DNA of 64,000 nt. It comes from Bacteroidota bacterium (GTDB taxonomy: Bacteria > Bacteroidota > Bacteroidia > JAIBAJ01). The translations under genes were made by a program, and so were the position numbers. Below the pieces are notes generated by a model. It saw only the letters and a list, made by a program, of their open reading frames with translations, had not been told where the DNA came from and ran no database searches. Location of the stretch: contig CANJNG010000006.1 in assembly GCA_947475205.1 (NCBI GenBank), forward strand, positions 259-64,258, written 5' to 3'. Shown here piece by piece: positions 61,543-64,000 of the stretch. The first letter of the stretch is position 1. Each line of letters starts with the position of its first letter.

Positions 61543-62382
61543 TTAAGCCCTCACATTATCAATTAACCTCACATCGCCTAACCAAACGGCTAAACATATA
61601 ATATAGTTTAGTCCGGCCTCAATTTTATTTGCTGCTTTCAACGATTCCGCTTCCGAAATTTCTAAATATTCCGCTTTCAAAAAGCCGGAGCTATTTAATC
61701 GTTCAATTGCCTTTTTCTTAACCACTTCAACGCCATTTGTGGCCAATTCCTCTTTTGCTTGTTTTAGTGTTTCATAAATCACTTTGGCATTCTCACGGTC
61801 AGTAGTATTTAAGCGTTCATTGCGTGAACTCATTGCAAGGCCGTTGGCTTCCCGTAAAATTGTGCAAGGAACAATCTTCACTTTTAAAGCCAATTGTTTC
61901 ACCATAGCATTAATAATAGCCAATTGCTGAAAATCCTTCTCGCCAAAATAGGCATTATCGGGCATCACGATCTCAAATAGCCGACTTACCACTTGAGCTA
62001 CACCATTAAAATGTCCAGGGCGGTGTTCACCTTCCATTACTTTTTCTAAATCACCGAAATCAAATTTTCGAATATCTGGAGTAGGATAAATTTCATTTAC
62101 AGAAGGAAAAAACATCAAATCTACGCCCACATCTCTCAGCATTTCGCTATCACGGTCAAATGTTCTGGGGTATTTTTCCAAATCCGCAGCATTGTTGAAT
62201 TGATTCGGATTCACAAAAACGCTCACCACCGTGCGGTCATTATCTTCCAAGCTTTGCTTCACCAATGAAATATGTCCGGCGTGCAATGCCCCCATTGTAG
62301 GCACAAAACCAATTTTAAGTCCGTTGCTTTGCCAGTTTTCAATCTGTTTTTGCGTTTCCGAAACCGTTGTAAAAACTTGCAT
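61543..62382 (-). CDS. panC: Pantoate--beta-alanine ligase
   Basis: 'VPTMGALHAGH', 'RPGHFNGV', 'FGEKDFQQ', 'GLAMSSRN', 'RLIDN'; start moved to ATG 62382. Confidence 0.96.
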   Translation of the reverse strand: MQVFTTVSETQKQIENWQSNGLKIGFVPTMGALHAGHISLVKQSLEDNDRTVVSVFVNPNQFNNAADLEKYPRTFDRDSEMLRDVGVDLMFFPSVNEIYPTPDIRKFDFGDLEKVMEGEHRPGHFNGVAQVVSRLFEIVMPDNAYFGEKDFQQLAIINAMVKQLALKVKIVPCTILREANGLAMSSRNERLNTTDRENAKVIYETLKQAKEELATNGVEVVKKKAIERLNSSGFLKAEYLEISEAESLKAANKIEAGLNYIICLAVWLGDVRLIDNVRA

Positions 62383-62507
62383 AAATGAAGCGGTGATAGA
62401 GTTATTCGTAGAAATTGTAGAGAGCAAAGAAAAAGAATTTTGTTGATTGGAAAATTTGTACTTAATTTTGCATAATATTTTTAATTTATTAATTAACTCA
62501 TTTAAGA

Positions 62508-63332
62508 ATGAAGAAAGCAAAAGTCTTGTTCGTATCACAGGAAATATTCCCGTATGTTGAAGAATCACCCATGTCAAAAACATCCCGATACCTTCCTCAG
62601 GCGATACAGGAAAGAGGGAAAGAAATTAGAACTTTTATGCCAAGATTCGGGCTAATTAATGAAAGAAGAAACCAACTTCACGAAGTAATCCGCCTTTCAG
62701 GGATGAATATAATCATGGATAACAATGACCATCCATTAATTATAAAAGTAGCTTCCATTCAAAGTGCACGCATGCAGGTGTATTTTATTGATAACGACGA
62801 TTATTTTCAACGTAAATTTATGACCTATGACAAAGACGGTAATTTTTACAGAGATAATGACGAACGCACGGTGTTTTTTGCTCGTGGAGTGATTGAAACT
62901 GTCCGTAAACTAGGATGGATGCCTGATATTATTCATTGCCATGGCTGGATGAGCAGCATTTTGCCGATGATTGTAAAAAAAGCCTTGAAGGAAGACCCAT
63001 TGTTTGCCGATGCTAAATTTGTGCTATCACTTTATGATGACGATTTTCCGGGTGAGTTCAAGTCAAGTTTTGCTAAGAAAATTGTGATGGAAGGCATCAA
63101 GAAACCCGATGTGGCTCATTTAGCCAGCACCGATTACACTACCTTGATGAAAAACGCCATTGATTTTGCAGATGGGATTATTTATGCCGCAGAAAATATC
63201 AACCCAGAAGTGCAAGCACATGTAAAAGCATCTGACTTGCCTTTGCTTACTTATCAAGACCCCGAGAATTACTTCGATGCTTACAACGAGTTTTATAACG
63301 AAGTAATGGTTGGCCAGCCTGAATTAGCCTAA
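62508..63332 (+). CDS. Glycogen/starch synthase N-terminal-domain protein (Bacteroidota type)
   Basis: 'EIRTFMPRFG', 'VYFIDNDDYF', 'PDIIHCHGW'; 274 aa only. Confidence 0.88.
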   Translation: MKKAKVLFVSQEIFPYVEESPMSKTSRYLPQAIQERGKEIRTFMPRFGLINERRNQLHEVIRLSGMNIIMDNNDHPLIIKVASIQSARMQVYFIDNDDYFQRKFMTYDKDGNFYRDNDERTVFFARGVIETVRKLGWMPDIIHCHGWMSSILPMIVKKALKEDPLFADAKFVLSLYDDDFPGEFKSSFAKKIVMEGIKKPDVAHLASTDYTTLMKNAIDFADGIIYAAENINPEVQAHVKASDLPLLTYQDPENYFDAYNEFYNEVMVGQPELA

Positions 63333-63365
63333 GATTTGCAGAACTATAAATAAATCTAAAAAATT

Positions 63366-63406
63366 AAATTGCGGGAAGAAATAGCCTTTCTTTCCGCAAT
63401 TTTTTT
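63366..63406 (+). terminator. Intrinsic terminator
   Basis: AAATTGCGGGAAGAAA-TAGCC-TTTCTTTCCGCAATTTTTTT. Confidence 0.7.
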
Positions 63407-63479
63407 GATTACACATCTATTGTCAATATCTAATTTCCACAGGCAATCGCATTCTAATCGCATTCTAATTAGTTTAAAG

Positions 63480-64000
63480 ATGTTAGCTTTGTGCCTTCAA
63501 AAACCAAATTTGCGTTTTACCAACAGAAATATTTCGTTATACGCTAGTTTCTCGCTTCTAATCCTGGTTACTTTAAATTCTTGCAAGAAAGAAAATCAAG
63601 CTTTGGGTTTAGATTTGTTGCCCGAAGGCGATATGATGGAAGCTACTTATAACACGGGGTCAACTATTAAGGCTTGGAGTATTGTTGATACAGCCGCAAA
63701 ATCAAGCACTAAATCGGTGGTTTTAGGTTCAGCTTTTGATCCAATTTTTGGCAAAACGGAAGCCTCATTTTATGCTCAGCTTCGTCCCGACAATCTCATT
63801 GCCGATTCAGTTTTCGCTTCCACTTTTCAAAATTCCACCATAGATTCCTTGGTGCTTTCGTTCGTTTATAATAGCTCATTGGCTAATATCTACGGTAATG
63901 GAAGTAAAAGCGAAGCTGCCCAATTGGTTAAGATTTACCGCCTCACCGAAGCAATGAATGGTGATTCCAGTTATAATTCAAACCGTGATTTTGCTTATGA
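63480..64000 (+). CDS. DUF4270-like lipoprotein, partial (runs off window)
   Basis: Open frame with lipobox 'LNSC', 'GLDLLP', 'DPIFGKTEASFYAQL'; usual neighbour of the glycogen-synthase-like gene; start uncertain. Confidence 0.75.
   Translation, partial: MLALCLQKPNLRFTNRNISLYASFSLLILVTLNSCKKENQALGLDLLPEGDMMEATYNTGSTIKAWSIVDTAAKSSTKSVVLGSAFDPIFGKTEASFYAQLRPDNLIADSVFASTFQNSTIDSLVLSFVYNSSLANIYGNGSKSEAAQLVKIYRLTEAMNGDSSYNSNRDFAY

Noticed and set aside
247-62446. Numerous short antisense or overlapping ORFs in the six-frame track
   Set aside because: They are shadows of well-supported genes and lack independent motifs.
63446-63469. 11-bp tandem duplication AATCGCATTCT x2
   Set aside because: Two copies only; most likely a slippage event.

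Overview
Window from a Bacteroidota genome, judged from TAnnTTTG promoter motifs, T9SS C-terminal domain, DUF3127 and the panC/glycogen-synthase-like/DUF4270 arrangement. Most of it is housekeeping: accBC, surE, nuoEF, ftsK, PhoH2, methylmalonyl-CoA epimerase and mutase, pyrE, folA, futalosine-pathway mqnB/mqnD, ompA, anmK, yajC, panC, plus glycosyltransferase clusters. No rRNA, tRNA, CRISPR array or intact transposase/integrase was recognised. Three regions stand out. (1) An inorganic-carbon uptake operon at 8.7-17.3 kb (DabA/DUF2309, DabB/NuoL-like, SulP, outer-membrane porin). dabA and sulP are each preceded by a similar ~120-aa leader ORF ending N-(Y/L)-R-(I/L)-UGA, followed by a near-identical U-rich tract that can pair with an A-rich tract upstream of the next gene. 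This is a candidate ribosome-stalling attenuation system. (2) Two degenerate 21-bp-period arrays (1-213, ~23897-24085), each beside a gene for an uncharacterised Ala-rich helical protein. (3) A 2.3-kb integrase-free islet bounded by a duplicate of the 3' end of the AsmA-like gene. A third 21-bp array of REP/RPE-like palindromes lies between sulP and the porin. All family assignments come from recognising motifs by eye; no searches were run.
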